40,953 bases of DNA, taken from Bacillota bacterium. Lineage in GTDB: Bacteria; Bacillota; Dethiobacteria; DTU022; UBA8154. Every line of letters begins with the position of its first letter. The stretch's first letter is position 1. Made by a program: the position numbers and the translations under genes. Where the stretch lies: positions 1 through 40,953 of the forward strand of contig JAAZMI010000039.1 of the NCBI GenBank assembly GCA_012798895.1, given 5' to 3'. The notes beneath the pieces were generated by a model that had not been told where the DNA came from, made no database searches, and worked only from the letters and a program-made list of their open reading frames with translations. Below, one piece after another: positions 8,022-17,373 of this stretch.

Positions 8022-9443
8022 TCATTTCCCCGTCAAAGCTTTCCACCTTACCCCCCGGGGAGTATCCTCCAGAACTATTCCTTTCTCCCGTAGCTGATCC
8101 CGAATAGAATCTGCCAGGGCCCAATCCTTACGGCGGCGGGCTTCTTCCCTGCTGGCAATTAAAGCCTCCACTTCTTTCTCCAGGGCGGTACTCTGCGGCT
8201 GTTGAGGCAGGTAGCTAAAGATTTCATCGACCTCCCGGTAAAATTCCAAGATAAGTTCCAACACTTTCCGCTGTGGTTGCTGGGGACGATTCAGATAGAT
8301 ATTTGTATCCTTGGCCAGCTCGAAAAGCACGGCAAAGGCTCCGGCTGTATTAAAATCATCATCCATTACTGTTATAAATTTTTTACGGTTTTCTTCCAAG
8401 CTTTGTAACAGATGTTCTTCATCGGCAGTATCAGGAAAATCTTTTGCCAGCCTTTGTATACTATCCTTCAAATTATAGACCAAAGTATGCAGTCTTTCCA
8501 GGGCTCTGGTTGCCTGCTGCAGATATTCCGCCGAAAAATTAATCGGTGATCGGTAATGCGCAGAGAGCATAAAGAATCTAAGAACCAGAGGGTCGGTAGT
8601 TTTCTTAAGTTCTTTGATCGTAAGTACATTACCAAGACTTTTCGACATTTTTTCCTGGTCGATATTTAGATAGCCAGCGTGGATCCAGTGCCGGACAAAC
8701 GTTTGACCGGTGGCCCCTTCGCTCTGAGCAATCTCATTTTCATGGTGCGGAAAGATCAGATCTTGGCCACCAACGTGTATATCCATGGTATCGCCCAGAT
8801 AATGCATGGACATCGCCGAACATTCGATATGCCAGCCCGGGCGGCCCTTCCCCCAGGGGCTTTCCCAAGAGGGTTCCCCCGGTTTCTTTTTTTTCCAAAG
8901 GGCAAAATCCATGGGGTGTTTTTTCCGTGCATCGATCTCCACCCTGGCCCCAAGCTGCAGCTCATCCAAACCCTGGCCGGAAAGCTTTCCATAGTCCGGG
9001 AAAGCTTCCACATGGAAGTAGATATCCCCCTCGATCTCATAAGCCAGATCCTTTTCCAAAAGTTTCTGGATCAGGGCAATGATTTGGGGAATATGCTCTG
9101 TGGCCCGGGGATGATGATCGGCCGGCCGAACTCCCAGCGCAGCAGCATCTTCCTGGTAGGCCTGAATAAAACGTGCCGCCAGCTCAGTAACAGAGATACC
9201 CAACTCTTTTGCCCTGTTGATCATCTTATCATCAATATCGGTAAAATTTTGAACAAAGGTAACTTTATAACCACGATAAGTAAGATAACGACGCAGGACA
9301 TCGAAAAGAATAAAAATCCGGGCATTGCCAATATGAAAATAATCATAGACGGTGGGCCCACAGGCGTAGATGCCTATTTCTCCTTCCCGGACCGGCTTTA
9401 ACGGTTCTTTTCTATTGGTCAGCGTATTGTACAGGGTAATCAT
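8022..9443 (-). CDS. cysS: cysteine--tRNA ligase
   Basis: 473 aa, class I signatures HIGN (FHIGNARIF) and KMSKS. AAGGAG SD 8 nt upstream. Confidence 0.97.
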   Translation of the reverse strand: MITLYNTLTNRKEPLKPVREGEIGIYACGPTVYDYFHIGNARIFILFDVLRRYLTYRGYKVTFVQNFTDIDDKMINRAKELGISVTELAARFIQAYQEDAAALGVRPADHHPRATEHIPQIIALIQKLLEKDLAYEIEGDIYFHVEAFPDYGKLSGQGLDELQLGARVEIDARKKHPMDFALWKKKKPGEPSWESPWGKGRPGWHIECSAMSMHYLGDTMDIHVGGQDLIFPHHENEIAQSEGATGQTFVRHWIHAGYLNIDQEKMSKSLGNVLTIKELKKTTDPLVLRFFMLSAHYRSPINFSAEYLQQATRALERLHTLVYNLKDSIQRLAKDFPDTADEEHLLQSLEENRKKFITVMDDDFNTAGAFAVLFELAKDTNIYLNRPQQPQRKVLELILEFYREVDEIFSYLPQQPQSTALEKEVEALIASREEARRRKDWALADSIRDQLREKGIVLEDTPRGVRWKALTGK

Positions 9444-9515
9444 TATCCCTACTCCTTTCCCAATTTATTATAATAGACAACAGGCCGGATATCTTCGTCT
9501 GCATTGCAAAATTCC

Positions 9516-9995
9516 CTATTTTTTCAGCAACAGAACAACAGCATGGGCGGCGATACCCTTTCCCTCACCCGTAAAACCCAATTTTTCCGTGGTTGTAGCT
9601 TTTATGGAAACGAGGTCCTCTTCCAAGGCAAGCGCAGCAGCAATCTTCTGCCGCATTGCATGCAGATAGGGAAAAAGGCGGGGTTTTTGGGCAATAATAA
9701 TGCTATCGATGTTCTGTACAGTATACTTTTTTTTGGCAAGCAGGTGGGCAACCTCCTGTAATAGAAAAAGGCTGGAGATGCCCCGGTAGCGGGAATCATC
9801 CGGTGGAAAATGCCGGCCCAGATCCCCTAGGGCTGCAGCACCAAGCAGGGCGTCCATGATGGCGTGCAAGAGAACATCAGCATCAGAATGCCCTGCTAAA
9901 CCACGTGGAAAAGGAATTTCTACGCCCCCCAGCACTAGCGGAAGATCGGCCTTAAGAGGATGAACATCGTAACCGATACCAATGCGCATTTTCAT
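9516..9995 (-). CDS. ispF: 2-C-methyl-D-erythritol 2,4-cyclodiphosphate synthase
   Basis: 159 aa. IGIGYDVH and HSDADVLLHA metal-binding motifs. ATGA overlap with the ispD stop. Confidence 0.95.
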   Translation of the reverse strand: MKMRIGIGYDVHPLKADLPLVLGGVEIPFPRGLAGHSDADVLLHAIMDALLGAAALGDLGRHFPPDDSRYRGISSLFLLQEVAHLLAKKKYTVQNIDSIIIAQKPRLFPYLHAMRQKIAAALALEEDLVSIKATTTEKLGFTGEGKGIAAHAVVLLLKK

Positions 9996-10735
9996 CCATT
10001 TTTCCTCCTTCCGGCCAGATAAGCCCGGGCTATTTCCAGATCAAAGGGTGTGGTCAATTTGAGGTTGGCAAAATTACCCGGGACAACCTTTACCCCGATC
10101 CCCAAACGTTCAAGGAGCATAGAATCATCGCTCCCACAAAAATTTTCTTCCTTTGCCCGTAGATGGGCCCGCCAAAGAAGGGAAAATAAAAAACATTGGG
10201 GGGTCTGAATTGCCATGTAATTTTCCCGCGGAGGTGTGCTCCGAACCTCCATATTGTTATCGATCTCTTTAATCGTATCTTGCAGGGGAATACCGGGAAC
10301 GGCTGCCCCCCTAGAGAGGGCTTCCTTATAAACGCTTAAGATCAAAGAGCTATCGACCAGTGGCCGGGCACCATCGTGGATACAAACTACAAAATCCTGC
10401 ACCGGCTTTTTTGCATGGAGGTATTTTAAAGCATTGAAGACAGAATATTGGCGCTCTTCTCCCCCTTCTATCAAAAAAAACCGGTTTTCTTCGGGGAAAA
10501 AGGGTATCCGGATCTGTTCGTCAAATAATTTTTTCCCGTCGGGGGCAATAACGATCAATATAGAAGAAAAAAGATCAAGGCCAAGAAAAGCTGTCAAAGT
10601 ATGTGCTAAAACGGGTTTTCCTGCCAGGGGGAGATAAAGCTTGGGGACCTCTTTTCCCATGCGGCTCCCCCTTCCGGCAGCGGTAATCAATAAAACAGGC
10701 TGCTGTTTTATTTTTATTTTATCGTTCACCCTCAC
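9992..10735 (-). CDS. ispD: 2-C-methyl-D-erythritol 4-phosphate cytidylyltransferase
   Basis: 247 aa with the AAGRGSRMG P-loop-like motif. The first codon is GTG directly abutting GGAGG, so GTG at 10729 (6 nt spacing) is an equally good start. Confidence 0.93.
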   Translation of the reverse strand: MRVNDKIKIKQQPVLLITAAGRGSRMGKEVPKLYLPLAGKPVLAHTLTAFLGLDLFSSILIVIAPDGKKLFDEQIRIPFFPEENRFFLIEGGEERQYSVFNALKYLHAKKPVQDFVVCIHDGARPLVDSSLILSVYKEALSRGAAVPGIPLQDTIKEIDNNMEVRSTPPRENYMAIQTPQCFLFSLLWRAHLRAKEENFCGSDDSMLLERLGIGVKVVPGNFANLKLTTPFDLEIARAYLAGRRKNG

Positions 10736-10766
10736 CCTCCTCGTCCTTCGTTTTAGGGAATGAAGG

Positions 10767-11870
10767 TTATTGTTTTAAGGTAATTTTTTCCGTAAAATTG
10801 CCTTTTGGTTTGGCAAAAATCATCCTCCCGGCAGCCGTTTGCAACACGCTGGTAACGAGGACATCTACGGTTTCCCCGATATAACGCCTTCCGCCCTCCA
10901 CAACGACCATCGTACCATCATCGAGGTAGGCTACACCTTGGCCCGCTTCTTTACCGTCTTTTATGATCTGTGTGCGCATTTCTTCGCCGGGAAGCACCAC
11001 AGGTTTTACAGCATTTGCCAGTTCATTAATATTAAAAACAGATACTCCCTGCAATTCACACACTTTGTTAAGATTATAATCGTTTGTTACAATTATACCC
11101 GATGTTTCCTGGGCCAATTTAATTAGTTTGTTATCCACCTCTGTAGTATCTTCGTAATCTTTATTGATGATCGTTATCTCAATATCCATCTCCTTTTGCA
11201 TTGTGTTTAAAATGTCAAGACCGCGCCGGCCGCGATTCCTTTTTAGTAGATCAGGTGAATCGGCAATATGCCGCAGTTCTTCCAGAACAAAACCCGGTAC
11301 AGCAATCTCTCCCTCCATAAAACCTGTTTTACTAATATCCATAATGCGCCCGTCAATAATTACACTTGTATCCAGAATTTTTACCGGGGGCAATTTTTTT
11401 CTTTCCTGATGGCTGCTGCGCTTGAGAAAAAATGCTGATAAAAATGCAAATTCATCTTTGCGGCTAAGTATGATAGTGATCCCCAGATAACTTAAAATAA
11501 GTGTTACAGCCGGAGAGAGATAAGGACCCAACCAGGGGATACGCTGGAGGGGAAAATTTAATAAGACACCAATTAGCAAAGCGATAATCAAACCGGCAGC
11601 ACCAAGAATAATATCCTGGGTAGGAACGGTTTTAATCTTGCTATCCGTCCAGACAGCGAGTTTATTTACCGATACAACCAGGGAAGGGGTCACAAAATAA
11701 CAGATAAGTCCAAGTATAGCTCCTCCCACCATGGGAAGCCGCGTCTCCACGGATAAGGGTACAGAAAAACCTGTAGCAGCTAATAGCGACGGGAAAGCTG
11801 CTTTAAATATTTCATGCCCGCCCACAAAACCAATCACCGTCAGGAAAATGCGCAAAATTAGCTCAAACAT
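10767..11870 (-). CDS. yacL: PIN/TRAM domain membrane protein (YacL-like)
   Basis: N-terminal hydrophobic helices, then a PIN domain ([11 protein letters not shown]), then a C-terminal TRAM-like beta domain. Occupies the conserved position upstream of ispD. I prefer ATG 11870 (AAGGAGGTG 9 nt upstream) over the track's GTG 11882. Confidence 0.8.
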   Translation of the reverse strand: MFELILRIFLTVIGFVGGHEIFKAAFPSLLAATGFSVPLSVETRLPMVGGAILGLICYFVTPSLVVSVNKLAVWTDSKIKTVPTQDIILGAAGLIIALLIGVLLNFPLQRIPWLGPYLSPAVTLILSYLGITIILSRKDEFAFLSAFFLKRSSHQERKKLPPVKILDTSVIIDGRIMDISKTGFMEGEIAVPGFVLEELRHIADSPDLLKRNRGRRGLDILNTMQKEMDIEITIINKDYEDTTEVDNKLIKLAQETSGIIVTNDYNLNKVCELQGVSVFNINELANAVKPVVLPGEEMRTQIIKDGKEAGQGVAYLDDGTMVVVEGGRRYIGETVDVLVTSVLQTAAGRMIFAKPKGNFTEKITLKQ

Positions 11871-11987
11871 GGGGTTTTGCACCTCCTTTCTTCCTCATTG
11901 TTCTTATTATAACTTATATTTTTGCCCTACTTCAAGAATTATTATACCCAAAGCAGGAAATATTTGCAAAAATGATTTAAAATCATT

Positions 11988-12016
11988 AAAAAAAAAGACA
12001 TCGAAGTGATGTCTTT
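11988..12016 (-). terminator. rho-independent terminator downstream of carD
   Basis: AGACATC (11996-12002) pairs with GATGTCT (12008-12014) around loop GAAGT. It is followed on the minus strand by a run of 9 T (plus-strand A-run 11988-11996). Confidence 0.75.
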
Positions 12017-12074
12017 AAAATATAGAGATTTTCTTCAGTTTTGTTTCGCCATTTAAGGAAATAAAATTTTTAAA

Positions 12075-12557
12075 TTAAACTTTGTTAAAGAGTCTCTCCA
12101 GATCAGACATCACTTCATTCTGGTCGGCACCTTGTACCATAACCAGTTCGCTGATCAAAATCTGCTTGGCAGTCTCCAGCATTCTTTTTTCCCCGGTAGA
12201 GAGACCTTTAACTCTGTCCCGTAACAGCAGGCTGTGCACGACTTCAGCAACCTTAAAAACGCTGCCGCTTTTAATTTTTTCCATATTCGCCCGGTAACGC
12301 CGGTTCCAGTTAGTGTTAGACAGTTCTCCTTCGCTTTCCAGAATCCCATAAACCTTGTCAAGTGCCGATTTTCCGACTACATCCCGCAAACCTACTTTCT
12401 GCACATTATCAAGAGGCACCATTACTTTCATGTCTCCAGCGGGTATGTTCATAACATAATATTTCTTTTTGTCTCCAAGTATTTCTTTTTCCTCGATCGC
12501 TTCGATAACACCGGCACCATGCATCGGATATACAACCCTATCCCCAATGTTAAACAT
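12075..12557 (-). CDS. carD: CarD/CdnL family RNA polymerase-binding transcription factor
   Basis: 160 aa. The N-terminus MFNIGDRVVYPMHGAGVIEAIEEKEILG is the canonical CarD_CdnL_TRCF RNAP-interaction domain. Confidence 0.9.
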   Translation of the reverse strand: MFNIGDRVVYPMHGAGVIEAIEEKEILGDKKKYYVMNIPAGDMKVMVPLDNVQKVGLRDVVGKSALDKVYGILESEGELSNTNWNRRYRANMEKIKSGSVFKVAEVVHSLLLRDRVKGLSTGEKRMLETAKQILISELVMVQGADQNEVMSDLERLFNKV

Positions 12558-12718
12558 TTAAACAAGTCCCCCCTAAAGATGACCATCAAGCTTTATCATA
12601 TCATAATTTTGCCTTCCTGTCAAAAAAAACGTATACTTTATCACATGTACAGGGGCCATGTCAATGGTGCGGCAATTTTTTTACATATTTCTTCTGGCTT
12701 GCAGCGGAGCAAAGAAAG

Positions 12719-12748
12719 TTGACAAATTTTTAAAACAGCAAGTATAAT
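12719..12748 (+). promoter_or_regulatory. sigma-A type promoter for the 134-aa ORF
   Basis: TTGACA (12719-12724), an 18-nt spacer, then TATAAT (12743-12748). AAAGGGGTGA SD at 12764-12773 and ATG at 12783. Confidence 0.6.
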
Positions 12749-12782
12749 AAGGTTACTGAAGTAAAAGGGGTGACCTGAAAAT

Positions 12783-13187
12783 ATGAATATGGAAAACAAA
12801 GAAGCAATCTCTCTTTTTCAAGATAAAGTATCCAAACTGCTGCTCAAACACCGTAGTATTTTAGACAGCACTTCCAAACATGCTGAATCTGCAATACGAA
12901 TAAACAGGGCAATTACAAAATCCATAACACTTTGCGGATGCATCTCCGTAAAGGCTTGCAAACAACAACTGCCGGAGGAAATTTCCCTGGAGGATTGCCG
13001 AAAATATATGAATTCCCACTTACAGGGAAGTTTATGTGAAAACTGCAAGGAGATCATAGGGGAAGAAATCGGTAAACAGCTTTTTTATCTGACTGCTCTG
13101 TGTCACCTTTTAAATATCCAACTGGAGGATATCTTACACAAGGAGTACGAAAGGCTTAATACTTTGGGATATTTTCATCTTTCTTAG
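12783..13187 (+). CDS. hypothetical Cys-rich all-alpha protein
   Basis: 134 aa with a consensus promoter and good SD. Cysteines at CGC, C, C and CxxC (LCGCISVKAC...DC...LCENC). The C-terminal IGEEIGKQLFYLTALCHLLNIQLEDIL loosely resembles the MazG-type EExG..L.YL...L.I.LE helix pair. Family not assigned. Confidence 0.6.
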   Translation: MNMENKEAISLFQDKVSKLLLKHRSILDSTSKHAESAIRINRAITKSITLCGCISVKACKQQLPEEISLEDCRKYMNSHLQGSLCENCKEIIGEEIGKQLFYLTALCHLLNIQLEDILHKEYERLNTLGYFHLS

Positions 13188-13307
13188 ATGCCCGCCGGCC
13201 AGAATATCACTTTTTGCCCCGCAAGGGAGACCTACCACCAGTTCTGCACGCTGTATTAATGACGCTTCCATCCAACTATTTTAAAAACTCTTCGTTGATC
13301 ACCTGAT

Positions 13308-14180
13308 TCATTCCTTGTGCTTTCCCCAGCCTTGCGGGCATTTGGAGACATAAGAACGCAGACGAGCCAAATTAAGGGCATCCTTATCCGTTCCCCTATC
13401 GGGGGTTTCCAGAATGACAGGCATATCTTCCGGCCAGGGGTAGCTTAAAAAGGCCTGTAGGCCTTCCTCACCAATTGTACCTTCACCGAGATGTGCGTGG
13501 CGATCCCTGTAAGAACCGCGCGGTGAGACGCTGTCATTAAAATGAATGACCTTGACCCTATCCATTCCAATGTGTTCACTAAGTTCATCCATCGTCTCTG
13601 CCAGACCACCCGGAGTGGAAAGATCGTATCCGGCTGCCCAGGCATGCGCCGTATCCAGGCAAACGCCCACGGGGGCCTCTTCTCCCAAAGAATGCAAAAT
13701 TTTGCCGATAGTAGTAAAAGATCCCCCGAGAGAGGTTCCCGCCCCGGCCGTATTTTCCAGAAGCAGTTCTACACCGGATGGCCAGTTTTGCATCTCCCTT
13801 TTCATGGTGGAGATAAAGAGATCCAACCCTTCCTGATAGCCTCGGCCCCCATGACTACCGACATGTAAGATAACATAGAGGGAACCTAAAAGATGGGCAT
13901 TGGACATGGTTTGCTGCAACAATTGTCCCGATTTAATTAGAAATTCCTCTTTTTTTGATGCCAGATTAATGAGGTAAGCTGTATGTACTATCAGCGGCTC
14001 AATTCCACATTCCAACAAAACATGACGACGCTTTTCAACCTCTGATGCATCCAACTGCGGAGCACGCCAGGATGTTGGGCTGCCAATAAATACCTGTAAT
14101 GTTTCGCAGCCAATTTCAGCAGCCCGTCGAACGTTGCGAGCAAATCCCCCTTTTTGGGTCATATGTATACCAAGACGCAT
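13308..14180 (-). CDS. nfo: deoxyribonuclease IV (endonuclease IV, AP endonuclease family 2)
   Basis: 290 aa, TIM-barrel AP endonuclease 2 pattern (ETLQVF, VHTAYLINLAS, ILHVGSH, LLENTAG, VCLDTAHAWAAGYD, HFNDS). Confidence 0.85.
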   Translation of the reverse strand: MRLGIHMTQKGGFARNVRRAAEIGCETLQVFIGSPTSWRAPQLDASEVEKRRHVLLECGIEPLIVHTAYLINLASKKEEFLIKSGQLLQQTMSNAHLLGSLYVILHVGSHGGRGYQEGLDLFISTMKREMQNWPSGVELLLENTAGAGTSLGGSFTTIGKILHSLGEEAPVGVCLDTAHAWAAGYDLSTPGGLAETMDELSEHIGMDRVKVIHFNDSVSPRGSYRDRHAHLGEGTIGEEGLQAFLSYPWPEDMPVILETPDRGTDKDALNLARLRSYVSKCPQGWGKHKE

Positions 14181-14266
14181 TTTACCACCACTTTTATCTT
14201 ATTCTTTCCTCTTATCCGGTAAATTTACATTTTTGCCGTAAATATACGCCTTTCCCTGCAGCCAGT

Positions 14267-14734
14267 TTAATAGAGTTCCTGCATAATCATCTGTACGACA
14301 TCATCCACAATGGCAAATATATTTTGACTTAATCCGATACAAAATCTATCACGCTCTTCGATCTCTATGCAGATGACCACGATCTCTTTAGGCAGACCTT
14401 CCATGATAGTTTTACCGCGCTTCTCCAATACAGGGTAGAAATGGTAAGCATGAATTGTATTATTAAGCACCTCTTTTAGCTTGCTGTCTTCATCGTCTTG
14501 CAATGCATAGCGGGAAATAGTGCCTACCTGTTCCTGGCCGGCGCAGGCATCAATTATAATCGCTTTATCAGAACCGACCAACAGCTCTTCCAATGCCCGC
14601 CCTGGAACACGCAATTCTCTAATTTCGGTGCCCTCCGGTAAAATTTCATTTTGTAGACGCCTTGCCACGTGAATACCCACACCTTCATCATAAGCCAAAA
14701 GATTGCCACAACCAATAATTCTAATTTTTTTCAT
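14267..14734 (-). CDS. hydrogenase maturation endopeptidase (HybD/HycI family)
   Basis: 155 aa. N-terminal IIGCGNLLAYDEGVG (family GxGNxxxxD(D/E)GxG), IIIDAC, a later His, and VVICIEIE. The size fits the family. Confidence 0.75.
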   Translation of the reverse strand: MKKIRIIGCGNLLAYDEGVGIHVARRLQNEILPEGTEIRELRVPGRALEELLVGSDKAIIIDACAGQEQVGTISRYALQDDEDSKLKEVLNNTIHAYHFYPVLEKRGKTIMEGLPKEIVVICIEIEERDRFCIGLSQNIFAIVDDVVQMIMQELY

Positions 14735-14893
14735 CTCCCAAGGTTCCCCTTTACCAATATTAATTTAAAAAATTCATAAATAAGGGAAGGTGGCTATTGA
14801 AGATTTTGAATAAAGAAACAAAAAAATATGGATCTTTTCTTTTTGCCCCCACGGGGCTTTCACGGCCATTTTAAAAAATTAGCTTTCCTTAGA

Positions 14894-14922
14894 ATTATAC
14901 AATTACTTGTACATTTCAGCAA
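14894..14922 (-). promoter_or_regulatory. candidate internal sigma-A promoter at the pyrF 3' end
   Basis: On the minus strand: TTGCTG (14922-14917), a 17-nt spacer, then TATAAT (14899-14894) just past the pyrF stop. It could drive the protease and nfo genes. Confidence 0.35.
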
Positions 14923-15640
14923 GAATTTTTTCAATAGCTTTTTCCGGAGACGGATGTTTAATGATCGGGCGACCGATTACAAGATAATCGGCGCCGGCAT
15001 CTAAAGCCTGCCGTGGTGTTAACACCCGTTCCTGATCATCACGTGCCGACCATGAAGGGCGAATCCCGGGGGTAACGATCCGGAAATCTTCACCACATCT
15101 CGCCCGGATTGCTGGCGCCTCCTGCGAAGAGGCAACAACGCCATCCAGGCCGCTTTCCAAACCCAGCGCGGCCAGGCCGACAACATGCCGGTCCAAACTC
15201 CGTTCGATTCCGGTTTCCCGCAGTGTTTGTGCATCAAGAGAAGTCAAAACCGTCACTCCGATAACCAGGGGCCACGGCAACCCTTTCCGGTCAGCCGTCT
15301 CCCGGGCTGCTTCCACCGCAGCACAGGCCATCTCCCCGCCGCCGCCAAGGTGTATGTTGAACATATCGACACCATAACTTGTTATAATCCCGGCAGCGGA
15401 AGCCACCGTATGTGGTATATCATGAAATTTTAGATCCAGAAAAATTTTAGCCCCCAGTTTTTTCAACCTGGTAATTATCCGGGGGCCACAGATCGTGAAA
15501 AGTTTCATACCTACTTTGTAGTAACTTAGCGGTGGGGAAAGAAGTTTAACCAGAGCATAGGCCTCTGCTTCGCTGCCCACATCAAGAGCTACAATTATTT
15601 TATCCGCTACCTGTTGCCTATGTTCCCCGTTTTTCTGCAA
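14903..15640 (-). CDS. pyrF: orotidine 5'-phosphate decarboxylase
   Basis: 245 aa, IVALDV and DLKFHDIP (DxKxxD) motifs. TTG start with GAGG 8 nt upstream. Confidence 0.92.
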   Translation of the reverse strand: MQKNGEHRQQVADKIIVALDVGSEAEAYALVKLLSPPLSYYKVGMKLFTICGPRIITRLKKLGAKIFLDLKFHDIPHTVASAAGIITSYGVDMFNIHLGGGGEMACAAVEAARETADRKGLPWPLVIGVTVLTSLDAQTLRETGIERSLDRHVVGLAALGLESGLDGVVASSQEAPAIRARCGEDFRIVTPGIRPSWSARDDQERVLTPRQALDAGADYLVIGRPIIKHPSPEKAIEKILAEMYK

Positions 15641-15671
15641 TATTCCCGCCTCATTTCCATAAATTAGAGGA

Positions 15672-16592
15672 TTAGCGATGCGCTGCTCCTATAATATTTT
15701 CCGGGCCGTTAAAGCCTTTCGCATCCAGATAAACATCCAGAGCGGAGATCAACCGGGGTACTGTATAAGGATCAATAAAATTGGCGGTCCCGACAGCCAC
15801 AGCCCGGGCCCCGGCCATCATAAACTGCAGGGCGTCATCAACTTCCATTATTCCCCCCATGCCGATCAGCGGCAACCCGGTGGCCCTATATACCTCATAG
15901 ACCATCCTTACAGCTACCGGCCTAATTGCCGGCCCAGATAACCCACCGGTAATGTTCCCCAAAAAAGGGCGCCCAGTGTCCACATCGATCACCATGCCCA
16001 TCAACGTATTCACCAAGGATAAAATGTCGGCTCCGCCGCTCTCCGCAGCCCGGGCCAGTTCGCTTATATCCGTAACATTAGGAGTAAGTTTTACGATCAA
16101 AGGCAGGGCACAGGCCTGTCGAACCTTGCTTACCAGTTTGGCAATGGCGGCCGCCGATGTTCCAAATTGAAGACCGCCTTGTTTCACGTTTGGGCAGGAA
16201 AGATTTATTTCCAGGGCAATAATCCCCGGAACAGCCGAAAGCTCACGCGCAAGGATTACATATTCCTCTTCGCTTTCTCCAGCTATGTTCACAATTACCG
16301 CTACGCGGCCGGATTTTAGGCGGGGCAGTTCTTCTTCTAAAAAAATTTTTAATCCGGGGTTTTGTAATCCAATCGCGTTTAACATGCCGGCCGGGGTCTC
16401 TGCAAGGCGAGGAGGAGGATTGCCCTCCCGCGGTCTCAGCGTTAAACCGTTAACAACTAAAGCGCCTAATTTTTCCGGTGCGAAAAAAGGGGCATACTCT
16501 GCTCCAAAACCAAATGTACCTGCAGCCGCCATCACAGGGTTCTTTAATGTTAAGGGGCCCAACCTAACTCTTAAGTCGGCCATGTTTACCAT
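15672..16592 (-). CDS. pyrD: dihydroorotate dehydrogenase, class 1B catalytic subunit
   Basis: 306 aa. LKNPVMAAAGTFGFG, EINLSCPN and GGIMEVDDALQFMMAGA. The start overlaps the pyrK stop (ATATGGTAA). Confidence 0.93.
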   Translation of the reverse strand: MVNMADLRVRLGPLTLKNPVMAAAGTFGFGAEYAPFFAPEKLGALVVNGLTLRPREGNPPPRLAETPAGMLNAIGLQNPGLKIFLEEELPRLKSGRVAVIVNIAGESEEEYVILARELSAVPGIIALEINLSCPNVKQGGLQFGTSAAAIAKLVSKVRQACALPLIVKLTPNVTDISELARAAESGGADILSLVNTLMGMVIDVDTGRPFLGNITGGLSGPAIRPVAVRMVYEVYRATGLPLIGMGGIMEVDDALQFMMAGARAVAVGTANFIDPYTVPRLISALDVYLDAKGFNGPENIIGAAHR

Positions 16593-17368
16593 ATCACCTC
16601 CTGCCCGTCAAAAACCGGCCCATCGCAGCATACCATGCGGTAAGAAGATTCTCCCCCCTGCCGTATTTTTACGGCACACCCCTGGCATGCGCCCAAGCCA
16701 CAGGCCATCCTCTCCTCCAAGGAGACCTGCAAGGGAAAATTCCACCCCCGATTTTGCCCGGCCACGGCCTGCAACATGGGCCTGGGACCGCAGGCAAACA
16801 TCTCCCCGGGTTTTAAGCCGCCCTGCAGGGCTTCAGCCAAAAGCGCGGTTACCGGGCCCCGGTAACCGCTTGTACCATCATCTGTAGCCAGATGCAATTC
16901 TACTTGGGGTGGTAGAAATCTTTTTAAGGGCAAGAGCTCTGTAATTGAAGCCACACCATAAAAAAGTAGTATTTTTTTTTGTTCCTTAGCCAAAAGATGC
17001 GCCAAGAATAGAAGGGGTGCCACCCCCATTCCCCCCGCCAAGAGCACGGCCGGAGAAAGACCCGGGGTCGGTTTGAAACCTTTACCCAGCGGGCCGAGAC
17101 AGGTTAGACTAGTGCCTCGTTTTGCCTGGCTTAAGACAGCGGTTCCTTTACCGACTACGCGAAAAATAATTTGCAGCACGCCTTTCCCGGGGGGGGCACC
17201 TGCCACGCTGAAGGGGCGCCGGAGAAAAGGTGCCAGGCTATCCTTGATCCGGATATGCAAGAACTGCCCGGGAGAGGCCTGCACGGCAAACTGTGGTTCT
17301 TCGAGTAAGAGAAGATAGTCTGAAGCAGTAAGTTTTTCGAGGTTCAATACACGGGCGTTGGCAAGCAA
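16586..17368 (-). CDS. pyrK: dihydroorotate dehydrogenase electron-transfer subunit
   Basis: FAD/NAD-binding fold plus the C-terminal 2Fe-2S motif CGLGACQGC...CC. The track start GTG 17446 overlaps pyrC by 73 nt. TTG at 17368 has AGGAG 8 nt upstream and lies just after the pyrC stop. Confidence 0.88.
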   Translation of the reverse strand: MLANARVLNLEKLTASDYLLLLEEPQFAVQASPGQFLHIRIKDSLAPFLRRPFSVAGAPPGKGVLQIIFRVVGKGTAVLSQAKRGTSLTCLGPLGKGFKPTPGLSPAVLLAGGMGVAPLLFLAHLLAKEQKKILLFYGVASITELLPLKRFLPPQVELHLATDDGTSGYRGPVTALLAEALQGGLKPGEMFACGPRPMLQAVAGQNRGWNFPLQVSLEERMACGLGACQGCAVKIRQGGESSYRMVCCDGPVFDGQEVIW

Positions 17369-17373
17369 AATAC

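Noticed and set aside
9444-9515. Possible T-box leader upstream of cysS, as seen in the Bacillus cysE-cysS region.
   Set aside because: Only 72 nt separate ispF and cysS, which is too short for a T-box. No specifier or T-box sequence is seen, and cysS is most likely co-transcribed with ispF.
14845-14857. Hairpin GCCCC-CAC-GGGGC after pyrF, considered as the pyr operon terminator.
   Set aside because: On the minus strand (the pyrF sense) it is followed by A-rich rather than U-rich sequence. The T-run is on the wrong side for this orientation.
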